From an uncultured Candidatus Rokubacteria bacterium (GTDB lineage: Bacteria; Methylomirabilota; Methylomirabilia; Rokubacteriales; CSP1-6), in contig CAVXJS010000015.1 of assembly GCA_963762145.1 (NCBI GenBank), positions 320,001 to 384,000 of the forward strand: a stretch of DNA of 64,000 nt, read 5' to 3'. The notes beneath the pieces are model-generated. The model was given only the letters and a program-made list of their open reading frames with translations. It was not told where the DNA came from and made no database searches. The position numbers and the translations under genes were made by a program. Of this stretch, positions 1-9,654 are shown piece after piece (position 1 is the stretch's first letter; each line of letters opens with the position of its first letter).

Positions 1-337
1 GGCCGCGCCGCGCGGTCCGCGCCCACGCCCTTGATCTCGGCCACGAAGTCCAGATAGGAGCGCGACCGAGAGATCGGGATAGAGCGGCGCGTTCTCCGGG
101 AGATAGCCGATCCGCCGCCGCACCTCCAGCGACTGCGAGAACACGTCGAAGCCGGCCACCTGCGCGGTGCCGCCGGTGGCGGGCATGAAGCACGGAGAGG
201 ATCTTCATCGTGGTGGACTTGCCCGCCCCGTTGGGGCCGAGAAAGCCGACGATGCGGCCCTTCTCCACGGTGAAGGACACATCGTGGATGGCCGTGACCG
301 GTCCGTAGCGCTTCGTGAGATTGTCGACTTGGATCAT
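1..337 (-). CDS. ABC transporter ATP-binding subunit (ABC-2/GldA-like), runs off window edge, frameshifted
   Basis: Manual translation MIQVDNLTKRYGPVTAIHDVSFTVEKGRIVGFLGPNGAGKSTTMKIL (Walker A), then after an indel FDVFSQSLEVRRRIGYLPENAPLY. Confidence 0.85.
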   Translation of the reverse strand, partial: MIQVDNLTKRYGPVTAIHDVSFTVEKGRIVGFLGPNGAGKSTTMKILSVLHARHRRHRAGGRLRRVLAVAGGAAADRLSPGERAALSRSLGRAPIWTSWPRSRAWARTARRG

Positions 338-393
338 ACGTGCGGGTCGCGAGTTCCGCCGGGGACCGCCGCGAAGTATAGCACAGGGCCGGT

Positions 394-2077
394 CTACGAA
401 GAGCCCCGTGATGACGCCGTCCGGCGTCGACGTCCACCCTCTCGGCGTTGGGCTCTGCGCGGGAAGCCGGGCATCGTGGTGATGTCACCGGTGATGGCCA
501 CCAGGAAGCCGGCGCCCGCCGAGATGCGGATCTCGTTGACCGTGATCTTGAAGCCGCGCGGGCCGGTTCAGCAGGGTCGGGTCGTCGGACAGCGAGCGCT
601 GCAGTCTTGGCCACGCAGATCGGAAGCCTCCCGTAGCCGAGGGACTCGGCCTGGGCGATCTGCCGCTCGACCCGCTTGGGGTATTCGACGCCGTCCGCGC
701 CGTAGATCCGACGCGCGATGGTGTCGAGCTTCACCTTGATGGGGTCGTCGAGCGCGTAGAGCGGCGCGAAGGCCGAGCGCTCCCGGGCCAGGAGGGCAAG
801 CAGGCCCCGGGCCAGCTCCTCGCCGCCCGCGCCCCCGCGGCCGAAGACGTCGGCCACGTGCATCGCCACCCCGAGCTCGCGCGCAGCGCTCCCGCACCGC
901 CGCGTACTCCGCCTCGGTGTCCGACGGGTAGCGGTTCATCCCGACGAGCACCGGCACCTGAACTGGCGCACGGCCTCCACGTGCGCCTCCAGGTTGTCGA
1001 GGCCGAGGGTGAGCGCGGCCACGTTCTCCCGGTCCAGGTCCGGCACCGGCATCCCGCCGTGGTACTTGAGCGCCCGCGCGGTGGCCACGATCATGGCCGC
1101 GTCGGGCTTGAGCCCGGCGAGCCGGCACTTGATGTCGAAGAACTTCTCGGCGCCCAGGTCGGTGGCGAAGCCCGCCTCGGTGAGGCAGATGTCGCCGAGC
1201 TTGAGCGCCAGCCGGGTGGCGAGCACCGAGTTGCAGCCGTGGGCGATGTTGGCGAACGGGCCGCCGTGGACCAGGGCGGGCGTGCCCTCCATCGTCTGCA
1301 CCAGGTTCGGGTGGATCGCGTCGCGCAGGAGCGCGGCCATCGCGCCGGTCACGCCGAGCGCGTCGGCGGTCACCGGCTTGCCGTCGGCGGTCAGCGCGAC
1401 GAGCATGCGGCCGAGCCGCTGCTTGAGGTCCATCAAGTCCTCGGCGAGGCAGAGCGCGGCCATGATCTCGGAGGCCGACGGTGATGAGGAAGCCCGCCTC
1501 GCGCGGCACGCCGTCGAGGCGCCCGCCGAGGCCGACCACCACGTCGCGCAGAGCGCGGTCGTTGACGTCGAGGATGCGCTTCCACGCGACCTGGCGGACG
1601 TCGATCCCGAGCGGGTTGCCGTGGTGGAGGTGGTTGTCGATGGCGGCCGCGAGCAGGTTGTGCGCGGAGGTGATCGCGTGGAAGTCGCCGGTGAAGTGCA
1701 GGTTGATCTCGTCCATCGGCACCACCTGCGCCTTGCCGCCCCCGGTGCCGCCGCCCTTCATGCCGAGCGTGGGCCCGATGGACGGCTCCCGCAGCGCGAT
1801 CACCGGCCGGGCGCCGACGCGCCAGAGCGCCTGCCCGATGCCGATGGTCATCGTGGTCTTGCCGTCGCCGGCCGGGGTCGGCGTGATCGACGACACCACC
1901 ACCAGCTTGCCGTCGGGCCGGTCGCGGCGGGCGGCTCAGCGCGCCGACGCGCACCTTGGCCTTGTCGTGGCCGTAGGGGATCCACTCCTCCGCGCCGAGG
2001 CCGAGCTCGCGCGCGATCTCGGCGATCGGCCGGGGCTGCCGGTCAGCGTCGGGGCGTGACGGGGTCGAGGTCGGCAT
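394..2077 (-). CDS. fhs: Formate--tetrahydrofolate ligase (several indels)
   Basis: Pieces in several frames: [95 protein letters not shown]. Confidence 0.95.
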
Positions 2078-2465
2078 CGGGCATGATCTCCTTCAGCCAG
2101 TCGGGGATGGGAATCATCTTGGCGGTGGCGGGGTTCCAGCACGCGTGCACGGTGTGCCCGGTGGCCACCAGCTCCTTGGCCTCGTTGCGGATCTCGTAGC
2201 TGAACCGGAAGCTGGCCCGCCTGCGCTCGCTCACCCGCGAGACGACCTCGAGCAGGTCGTCGAGCTTTGCCGGCTTGACGTACTTCACGAAGGCTTCCAC
2301 CACCGGCAGGTGCACGCGCTCGTTCACCGCCGACATCGGCCAGCCGTATTCGCGGAGGTACTCCACGCGCCCCACCTCGAAGTAGGTGAGGTAGTTGCCG
2401 TAGTAGACGACCGACATCGTGTCGGTGTCCTTGTAGCGGACGCGCACGCGGGTGACCGATGGCAT
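2043..2465 (-). CDS. Acyl-CoA thioesterase, YbgC/FadM (4HBT) family
   Basis: RVRYKDTDTMSVVYYGNYLTYFEVGRVEYLR hotdog motif; start uncertain. Confidence 0.9.
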   Translation of the reverse strand: MPSVTRVRVRYKDTDTMSVVYYGNYLTYFEVGRVEYLREYGWPMSAVNERVHLPVVEAFVKYVKPAKLDDLLEVVSRVSERRRASFRFSYEIRNEAKELVATGHTVHACWNPATAKMIPIPDWLKEIMPDADLDPVTPRR

Positions 2466-2488
2466 CGACGCGCGCCATGGTACCACTC

Positions 2489-2571
2489 GGGGTCAGGTCT
2501 TACATTCCTACATTTCCTCGCGCGAGGTGAGCCCGAGACGCGGCAAATGTCGGAATGTAAGACCTGACCCC
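2489..2571. repeat. REP/MITE-like palindromic element
   Basis: GGGGTCAGGTCTTACATTCC(T)ACATTT ... AAATGT(C)GGAATGTAAGACCTGACCCC: 20-bp perfect inverted repeat plus a further 6 bp after one mismatch; AT-richer than flanks; fills the intergenic gap. Confidence 0.85.
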
Positions 2572-2574
2572 AGG

Positions 2575-3321
2575 CTAGCGCTTGAAGACTTCCTTCAGGA
2601 GGTCGGTGGCGCGGGCGGTCGGGTTGGTGCGGATCTGCTTCTCCTGCTCCCCCAGCACCGTGAAGAGCCCGCCCAGCCCCTTGTCCACCACGTAGCCGTC
2701 CAGGTCGAAGGTCTGGGACTTGGCGAACGGGATCGAATCGAAGCGCCCGACCAGATCCTTGTACTGCCGGCTCACGCCGACCTGATTCATGGACTGCTCG
2801 ACCATCGGTCGGAACGCGGTGGTGAGCTGCGGCGTGGTCTTGCCGCGGAAATACTCGGTGGCCGCGGTGTCCCCGCCGTTCAGGATCTTGCGGGCGTCGT
2901 CGAAGCTCATCGCGCCGATCGCGTCGAAGAAGATCACCTTGGCCTGGGGCGCGGCCCGCTCGGCGGCGCGGTTCATGCCGAGCACCAGCTCGTCGATCTG
3001 CCCGCCGTAGCCCACCGTGCGCAGCCCGCTCTCGAAGCTCCGCAGCTTCTCCGGCATCAGGATCTTGATGGCCTGGTTGGAGAAGTAGCCGTCGGTCTTC
3101 CCGGTGAGGCTCACCGTCTTCTCGGTGGCCACCTGGAGCGCTTCCTTGAGTCCCGCGCCGATCTTGGCCTCGGACAGCCCCGCCCCCGCGCTCCCCTCCC
3201 CGCCCCCCAGCCCCTTCAGCAGCTTGTCCCACTGCGCGCCGGCGGGTCCCGTCAGCACGAACAGGACCCCCGCGACGGCCAGCCACCCGGACCAGTGCCT
3301 CACTCTTCGACGTGTCCGCAT
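2575..3321 (-). CDS. DUF4197 family exported protein
   Basis: Signal peptide (..PAGAQW), [49 protein letters not shown]-like C-terminus. Confidence 0.9.
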   Translation of the reverse strand: MRTRRRVRHWSGWLAVAGVLFVLTGPAGAQWDKLLKGLGGGEGSAGAGLSEAKIGAGLKEALQVATEKTVSLTGKTDGYFSNQAIKILMPEKLRSFESGLRTVGYGGQIDELVLGMNRAAERAAPQAKVIFFDAIGAMSFDDARKILNGGDTAATEYFRGKTTPQLTTAFRPMVEQSMNQVGVSRQYKDLVGRFDSIPFAKSQTFDLDGYVVDKGLGGLFTVLGEQEKQIRTNPTARATDLLKEVFKR

Positions 3322-3339
3322 GATGTCTCCTCGCTCGGG

Positions 3340-4329
3340 CTAGAGGTACTGCCCGTAGCGGATCTTCTCGACGACGGCCCGGATGCGCCGGTACACGTCC
3401 ACCTGGCGCAGCAGGTCCTGGGTGGTGACGAGGCCCGCGTCGTGACCCTGCCCCGCCGCGTGGACCTTCTCCTCGAGCGCGCGACGCAGCAGGTCGCGGA
3501 TCTCGCCCCCGCTCATGCCGCCCATCGGCGGCAGCAGCGAGCGGTAATCGAGATCGTCCACCAGACGCCGATCCGCGGCGTGCTCGGCGCGCGCCCGGGT
3601 CAGCTCGAGGATCTGCTGCTGCGCGGCCGCGTCCGGCAGCGGCACCTCGACCAGGCGATCGAGCCGGCCCGGGGCCACCAGGGACGGATCGACCGCGTCG
3701 GTGCGGCTGGTCGCCGCCACCACGACGATCCGGGAGAACGCTTCCAGGGTATCGAGCTTTTCGCAGAGCGCGGCCACGATGCGGGCGCCCGCCTCGCGCG
3801 CCTGCGCCGGCGGCAGCAGATGCTCGAGCGCGAGCGCGTCGGCCTGATCGAGATACACCACCGCCCGGCCCTGCTCGCGCGCCAGGCCGAGGATCTCCTG
3901 CAGCAGCTCGCCGGTATTCGGCCCGAACTTGGAGGTGAGCGTGCCGAGCTTCAGGTGGTAGAAGATGGCCCCCGCCTCGGTGGCGAGCGCGCGCGCCAGC
4001 AGCGTCTTGCCGGTGCCCGGCGGCCCGTAGATCAGCAGGCCCTTGGGCGGGCTGATGCCCCACTTGCGATAGAGCTCGGGATCGGTCAGCGCGGTCACGA
4101 AGCTCCGCACGATGCCCTTGGCCTCCGCGAGCCCGCCGATGTCGGCGAAGGAGGTCTCCGGCTTAACCTGTACCTCGACGCGGCCGGTGAGCTCGGCGAG
4201 CTTCTCGCCGAGCTTGCTGAAGATCTCGCCCAGTCGGCGCTCGATCGCCCACTGCTGCCCCTCGACATTCTGGGAGGGGTTGTGCGGCGGCAGGGCGGCC
4301 GCGCCCGCGCGAGGCGTCTCGCTCGCCAC
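3340..4329 (-). CDS. Single-domain AAA+ protein (PAN/ARC/CDC48 clade) with degenerate catalytic motifs and C-terminal GQYL
   Basis: FADIGGL, PPKGLLIYGPPGTGKT (Walker A), VYLDQAD (Walker B E->Q), AATSRTDAVDPSLVAPGRLDR (SRH variant), ends RYGQYL. Confidence 0.9.
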   Translation of the reverse strand: MASETPRAGAAALPPHNPSQNVEGQQWAIERRLGEIFSKLGEKLAELTGRVEVQVKPETSFADIGGLAEAKGIVRSFVTALTDPELYRKWGISPPKGLLIYGPPGTGKTLLARALATEAGAIFYHLKLGTLTSKFGPNTGELLQEILGLAREQGRAVVYLDQADALALEHLLPPAQAREAGARIVAALCEKLDTLEAFSRIVVVAATSRTDAVDPSLVAPGRLDRLVEVPLPDAAAQQQILELTRARAEHAADRRLVDDLDYRSLLPPMGGMSGGEIRDLLRRALEEKVHAAGQGHDAGLVTTQDLLRQVDVYRRIRAVVEKIRYGQYL

Positions 4330-4862
4330 TAGATCCGCTCTCCCGGCCCGCCCGGGCTCCCGGGCGGCCGCTCGGACTTCTCGAACACGCGCTCCTCCGC
4401 GAAGACGGGCGCCTTCGCCCGGATGGCCAGCGCGATCGCGTCGGAGGGGCGGGAGTCGAGCTCCATCGCGGTGCCGTCCGAGGTCAGGTACACCGTCGCG
4501 TAGTAGGTGTTGTTGCGCAGGTCGGTGATCACCACCTTGGTGACCTGCACCTTGAGCCGGCCGAACAGGGTGAGGAAGAGATCGTGGGTGAGCGGGCGCG
4601 GCGGCGTGACGTTCTCGAGCGGCACCGCGATCGCGGTGGCCTCCGCGGGCCCGATCATCATCAGGAAGCGCCGCTTGTCGCGCTTGCCCTCGAGCAACAC
4701 GCCGTGCTGGCCGCGCGGATCGCTGAACACGCCGATCACCGCGACTTCCTGGAGCGTGGCGGCGGGCGGCGCGGGCGTCTCACCCGGGTTGCGGGCGCCG
4801 ACGAGGAGCATGCCCAGCGCGAGCACCGGCGCCAGGCGGCGATATCGGGTGCGTCTCACCAT
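4329..4862 (-). CDS. Bifunctional nuclease family (DUF151) protein with signal-peptide-like N-terminus
   Basis: MIGPAEATAI, PPRPLTHDL, TYYATVYL, LDSRPSDAIALAIR; ATG at 4862; stop overlaps the AAA start. Confidence 0.9.
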   Translation of the reverse strand: MVRRTRYRRLAPVLALGMLLVGARNPGETPAPPAATLQEVAVIGVFSDPRGQHGVLLEGKRDKRRFLMMIGPAEATAIAVPLENVTPPRPLTHDLFLTLFGRLKVQVTKVVITDLRNNTYYATVYLTSDGTAMELDSRPSDAIALAIRAKAPVFAEERVFEKSERPPGSPGGPGERI

Positions 4863-4939
4863 GATCGACCGGGCCTCCCACGCGATGACGTGCGAGTCAG
4901 TATCGGGCCGCCTCCGGGGCAAGTCAACCAAGCCGCCGC

Positions 4940-6157
4940 TCAGGACGCGGGCACCGGCGCGGTCACCGGTCGCGCGTAGCCGACGCGGAGCCGGACGCTC
5001 AGGCAGGAGCCGACGAGCAGGAGCACGGTGAGCGCGCTCCACATCACGGCATACCCGCGCCCGTGCGCCACGTACCCGAAGGCGATCGCTCCGAACGAGT
5101 TGCCGAGCAGGATCACCGAGCTGAAGATGCCGACCGCGCTGCCGCGGCGGCGCTCGGGCGTGACGTCCATCAGGAGGGCCGACATGGCCGGGTAGAGGAA
5201 GCCGTGGGCCGCGCCGGCCAGGAACCCGGCCAGGAAGAGGAACGGCAGCACCGGCAGCCGGAGCGCGGGCGCGAACAGGATCGCGACCAGCGCGATGATG
5301 CAGGTCGCGGAGGCCTGCACGAACATGCACGGGATGATCACCGCGCGCCGCCCGCGCACGTCGATCAGGTTGCCTCCCACCACCCGCACCAGCATCGCCG
5401 CCGCCGCGTACGCGGTGTAGAAGAGCCCGACGCTTGCGATCCCGAGCTCCTCGCCGAAGGTGGGCAGGAACGTGAAGATCGTCCCGGTCCCGAGCCCGAA
5501 GAACAGCCCGATCGCCATGTGCATGTGCCGCAGCTCGAGCAGACCTTCCCGGATGACGTGCAGGCCGGGCCGGGCGCCCAGGGCGGCCGGGCGCACGTCG
5601 CGCACTCCCCAGCACAGCGCGGCCGCGACCACCGCGATCAGGGTGGTGGACGTGAAGAACGTGGGGAAGCCGAAGCGGCGGATCACGAACTCGCCGAACA
5701 GCGGGGCGAGCGACGTGGAGACGAGGCCCGAGAGGCCGAAGATGCCCAGCGCCCACCCGCGCCGCTCCGCGGGAACCATCTCCACCACGTGGATGTAGTT
5801 CGCGACGAAGAACGCGGAGAAGGCCACGCCCTGCAGGATGCGCAGCACGCCCAGCAGGGGGAGCGGGCTCGACACCACGAAGAGCGCGCAGGACACGACG
5901 AGCGAGAGGACGCCGAGCCGCATGAAGAAGCGGCGCCCCAGGTAGTCGATGAGGGCGCCCACCACCGGCTGGCAGACGATGCCGGCCGCGCTGTAGAGGC
6001 CCTGCACGAGCCCGATATCCGCCTCGTCACCGCCGAGCCTCTGGATGTACAGCGGCAGGAGCAGGAAGGTGTTCAGCGCGCCAAAGAAGAAGAAGTTCGT
6101 GAGCATGAGCCGCGCGAACGGGCCATGGCTCAGGAGCTCGAGGGTCGAGCTGGTCAC
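4940..6157 (-). CDS. MFS transporter
   Basis: About 12 hydrophobic segments; GALIDYLGRR and GNLIDVRGRR MFS motif-A variants; ERRGWALG. Confidence 0.9.
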   Translation of the reverse strand: MTSSTLELLSHGPFARLMLTNFFFFGALNTFLLLPLYIQRLGGDEADIGLVQGLYSAAGIVCQPVVGALIDYLGRRFFMRLGVLSLVVSCALFVVSSPLPLLGVLRILQGVAFSAFFVANYIHVVEMVPAERRGWALGIFGLSGLVSTSLAPLFGEFVIRRFGFPTFFTSTTLIAVVAAALCWGVRDVRPAALGARPGLHVIREGLLELRHMHMAIGLFFGLGTGTIFTFLPTFGEELGIASVGLFYTAYAAAAMLVRVVGGNLIDVRGRRAVIIPCMFVQASATCIIALVAILFAPALRLPVLPFLFLAGFLAGAAHGFLYPAMSALLMDVTPERRRGSAVGIFSSVILLGNSFGAIAFGYVAHGRGYAVMWSALTVLLLVGSCLSVRLRVGYARPVTAPVPAS

Positions 6158-6223
6158 ACGCGTTGCGGGGGGAGCGACCGCGACAGTAGAATGGCCGGCG
6201 GCATGAATCCTCGCGAGTATAGC

Positions 6224-7126
6224 ATGCGGGGTCCCGCGGGCCCGGCGGTCGACGACGTCATGGCCGCCGCCGCGACGATCGAGACCGACGGCCGCGGCCG
6301 CTTCCTCGCGCCGCCGGTTCTGCAGAGCTGGCCCGGAATCGTGCACGGCGGCGGCCTCGTCGCGCTGCTGGACTCGGCCGCCGCCGCGCTCGGGCCGGAC
6401 TCGCGGCCGCGCCTCATCGAAGGACGCCTCACCTCGTCGGTGCCGCTCGACACGCCGCTGGCGCTCGAAGGGCACGTCGACGGCGGCGACACCACCGTCA
6501 CCATTCTCGACGGGACCCAGCCGCTCACGTCGGCCACGATCCGCCACGAGCCCGTCGACGACGTCGCGCCCGATCCCGCGTGGCGGACGAGCGGCCGCGA
6601 GGGCTGGCCGATGCCGCTGTCCGATCAGTGCCTGGCCTGCGGCGCGCACAACCCGCTCGGGCTGCAGCTCGGCCTGCGCTTCGACGCCGAAGGCGTGTGG
6701 GCCCGCTTCCCGCCTCGCCAGCCCTGGCGGCGGCCCGGCGATCGCCTCGCGCCCGCGCTGGCCGCGGTGGTGCTCGACGAGATCGCGTGGTGGCTCGGCG
6801 CGCTGGTCACGAAGGAAGGCGGCCTCACCAATCGCATCGCCCTGACCCTGCTGCGTCCCGAGGCGATCGCGCCGGGCCCGGTCACCGCGGTGGGCCGCTT
6901 CGCCGACGTCACGCCGGTGGACCGCCGGCGCACGTTCTGGCGCACCCGCTCGGCGCTGCTCGCGGCCGACGGTACCCTGCTGGCCACCGCCGCCATCGTC
7001 TTCCGGGCGGGCGCCGACTACTCCGAGCGCCAGATGGCCTTCTTCCGCTCGCGCACCGATCCCGAGGTCTTCGAGCGGATGTTCCCGAATCATCGCGGCG
7101 AGGGGCGCGACGGGGGGAGTCGGTAA
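6224..7126 (+). CDS. Tandem hotdog-fold (PaaI-like) thioesterase protein
   Basis: WPGIVHGGGLVALLD, then CLACGAHNPLGLQL and a second AVVLDE motif; start uncertain (6191-6260). Confidence 0.7.
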   Translation: MRGPAGPAVDDVMAAAATIETDGRGRFLAPPVLQSWPGIVHGGGLVALLDSAAAALGPDSRPRLIEGRLTSSVPLDTPLALEGHVDGGDTTVTILDGTQPLTSATIRHEPVDDVAPDPAWRTSGREGWPMPLSDQCLACGAHNPLGLQLGLRFDAEGVWARFPPRQPWRRPGDRLAPALAAVVLDEIAWWLGALVTKEGGLTNRIALTLLRPEAIAPGPVTAVGRFADVTPVDRRRTFWRTRSALLAADGTLLATAAIVFRAGADYSERQMAFFRSRTDPEVFERMFPNHRGEGRDGGSR

Positions 7127-7220
7127 CTCCTGCCGAGTGGCTCTTACCGGAGTCCCGTATCCGGCGGCGACTGCGGAGGCCATCCGACCGGTTCTCCTCC
7201 GCTCGACCGTGCCCTACGCC

Positions 7221-7237
7221 TTGGTCTCTTCCTTGCT
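7221..7237 (+). promoter_or_regulatory. Possible sigma54 -24/-12 promoter of hemerythrin gene
   Basis: TTGGTCTCTTCCTTGCT: GG-N10-GC spacing and TTGCT, but the -24 context is non-consensus. Confidence 0.4.
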
Positions 7238-7285
7238 TACTCAAACGGCAGACGTGCCGAGCGAACACGAAAGAGGAGAACCAGC

Positions 7286-7804
7286 ATGCCCGCAGCCAAG
7301 AAGCCCCGGACCAACCAGCGGGACGCGATCACGCTGCTCAAGGACGACCACCGGCAGGTTCGTACGCTGCTCGGCCAGCTCGAGGAAACGACGGACAAGG
7401 CGGTCGGCAAGCGCGAGAAGCTGCTCGCCTCCATCGAGCAGGAGCTCACGATCCACACCCGGATCGAGGAGGAGATCTTCTATCCCGCGTTCCGCGATGC
7501 GGCCCGGAAGAAGGAAGACGGAAAGCTCTACTTCGAGGCGCTCGAGGAGCACCACGTGGTGGACATGGTCCTACCCGAGATCAAGGGCGCCGACGTGGAG
7601 TCCGAGCAGTTCGCCGCCAAGGCCAAGGTCCTCAAGGACCTCGTCGAGCATCACGCGGAAGAGGAGGAGACGGAGATGTTCCCGCGGGCCCGCAAGCTCA
7701 TGACCCGCGACGAGCTGCTTCGCCTGGGCGCCGAGATGGCCCAGCTCAAGGCGTCGATGACGCGAGGGCTGGTCGACCGGCTGGCCGGACTGGTCGGGGC
7801 CTAG
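7286..7804 (+). CDS. Hemerythrin HHE cation-binding domain protein
   Basis: DAITLLKDDH, HTRIEEEIFYP, EALEEH, HHAEEEETEMFP; SD GAGGAG upstream. Confidence 0.92.
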   Translation: MPAAKKPRTNQRDAITLLKDDHRQVRTLLGQLEETTDKAVGKREKLLASIEQELTIHTRIEEEIFYPAFRDAARKKEDGKLYFEALEEHHVVDMVLPEIKGADVESEQFAAKAKVLKDLVEHHAEEEETEMFPRARKLMTRDELLRLGAEMAQLKASMTRGLVDRLAGLVGA

Positions 7805-7806
7805 CC

Positions 7807-8223
7807 ATGGCCCCCCGGTCCGCCCGCCTGGCGGTGGCCGCGGTCGTCGCGGCCATGACGCTGATCGGCGGGGCTGAAGCTCAGAGCCCGAAGCCGACCC
7901 CTGCGCCGAAGACGGACGGCCCGGTTCAGGGCTATCAGGGTGGGTACGATCCGACCGACAAGAGCAAGGCCCCGGCCGCGCCGGACGGCAAGAAGACGGA
8001 CGCGGGAAACGCCGATGAAGGTCAGCGCGGAACGAGCGTGTCCGGTGCGATCAAGAAGATCGACGGGCGGACCCTCACCCTGGACAACGGCGTCGTTCTC
8101 GTGGTGCCCCCCACGTTGCAGGTGGACCAGGCCGTCCTTCGGGTAGGAGCGCGGATCATCGCGCGCTACGAGGATAAGGGCGGCACCCACGTCGTGACGA
8201 CGATTCGCCGGGAGCCCAGCTAG
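7807..8223 (+). CDS. Secreted small beta-barrel protein (DUF1344/DUF5666-like)
   Basis: Signal peptide ending AEA, low-complexity linker, then SGAIKKIDGRTLTLDNG...LRVGARIIARYEDKGG. Confidence 0.65.
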   Translation: MAPRSARLAVAAVVAAMTLIGGAEAQSPKPTPAPKTDGPVQGYQGGYDPTDKSKAPAAPDGKKTDAGNADEGQRGTSVSGAIKKIDGRTLTLDNGVVLVVPPTLQVDQAVLRVGARIIARYEDKGGTHVVTTIRREPS

Positions 8224-8264
8224 GCGCGCGCGAAGCACCCGCGCCCAGGCCGCCTCACCGGCGG

Positions 8265-9572
8265 TCACCGTCGAGGAGATGATCCTCCGCCGGTCTCGCA
8301 GGCCGCCAGCCGGGCGCTCAGGAACGCGTGCTCGCGCGGGTTGTTCACGAGGCCGAGCGCGCGCCGGTACTCGACGGCCGCCTCCGGCGCCCGGCCGAGG
8401 CGGCGGAGGAACTCGGCGCGCGCGGCGGGCAGCAGATGATAGGCCCGCAAGGCCGGATCGTCGATGCGATCGAGCGCGGCCAGGCCGGCCGCGGGCCCGT
8501 CGGCAAGCCCGATCGCCACCGCGAGGTTCAGGTCGATGACCGGGGACGGGGCGAGCGCCGAGAGCGCCCGGTAGTGGCTCACGATGCCCGGCCAGTCCGT
8601 CGCCTCCCAGGATGCGGCCTGCGCGTGACGGGCGGCGATGGCGGCCTGCAGCTGATAGGCCCCCGCGCGCGCCGGCGGCCCCGCTCGCTCGAGACAGGCG
8701 AGGCCCCGCTCGATCCGGCCCCGGTCCCACCGCCGCCGGTCCTGATCCTCGAGGAGCACCAGATTGCCGTCGGCGTCCGTGCGCGCCGCGGCCCGGGAGG
8801 CCTGGAGCTCCATCAGGGCCAGCAGGCCCAGCACCTCGGGCTCGCGGGGCATCAGCTCGGCGAGCACGCGGGCGAGGCGGATGGCCTCAGCGCAGAGATC
8901 GTGCCGCACGAGGTCGTCGCCCGAATGGGCCGCGTAGCCCTCGTTGAAGACCAGATACAGCACCGCGAGCACGGCCGACAGCCGCGCGGCCAGCTCGGCC
9001 CCTTCCGGCACCTCGTACGGGAAGCCCCCGTCCCGGATCGTCCGCTTCGCGCGCACCAGGCGCTGGGCGATCGTCGGCTCGGACACCAGGAACGCCCGCG
9101 CGATCTCCGTCGTCGAGAGGCCCCCCACCAGCCGCAGCGTGAGCGCGACGCGGCTGTCGGCGGGAAGCGCGGGATGGCAGCAGGTGAAGATCAGCCGGAG
9201 CCGGTCGTCGGGAACCTCGTCGGGGATCTCGTCGACGCCGGGCACGTCAGGCGCCGGATGCGCCGCGCCGAGCGCCTCGTGGGCGAGGGCGTCCGCGCGC
9301 GCGCCCGCGCGGCGGGCGCGGCGCAGATGATCGAGGGCCCGCCGTCGGGCCGTGGTGAGGAGCCAGGCGCCCGGACGGTCCGGGACACCGTCCGCGGGCC
9401 AGTGGGCGAGCGCCTGCTCGAAGGCCTCCTGGACCACCTCCTGCGCCGCGTCGATGTCGCGCGTGATCCGGAGCACCGAGGCGACCACCCGCGCGTGCTC
9501 GATCCGGAAGACGTCGGCCAGCCGCGCGCGCACGCGCTCGTCGGAGGTCGGGGCCCGCTCGATCGGATCCAC
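8265..9572 (-). CDS. ECF sigma factor with C-terminal TPR extension (ECF42/DUF6596 type)
   Basis: PGAWLLTTARRRALD, DDRLRLIFTCCHPAL, TIAQRLVRAKR, VLYLVFNEGY, GAYQLQAAIAA. Confidence 0.93.
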   Translation of the reverse strand: MDPIERAPTSDERVRARLADVFRIEHARVVASVLRITRDIDAAQEVVQEAFEQALAHWPADGVPDRPGAWLLTTARRRALDHLRRARRAGARADALAHEALGAAHPAPDVPGVDEIPDEVPDDRLRLIFTCCHPALPADSRVALTLRLVGGLSTTEIARAFLVSEPTIAQRLVRAKRTIRDGGFPYEVPEGAELAARLSAVLAVLYLVFNEGYAAHSGDDLVRHDLCAEAIRLARVLAELMPREPEVLGLLALMELQASRAAARTDADGNLVLLEDQDRRRWDRGRIERGLACLERAGPPARAGAYQLQAAIAARHAQAASWEATDWPGIVSHYRALSALAPSPVIDLNLAVAIGLADGPAAGLAALDRIDDPALRAYHLLPAARAEFLRRLGRAPEAAVEYRRALGLVNNPREHAFLSARLAACETGGGSSPRR

Positions 9573-9654
9573 GGATCGAGATGGTACGCCAAGTGGGGAT
9601 CATGCTCGATCCTGGTGGGGCCGGGCCCCGGCGCGCCGGCGGACGCGCCTCCGC

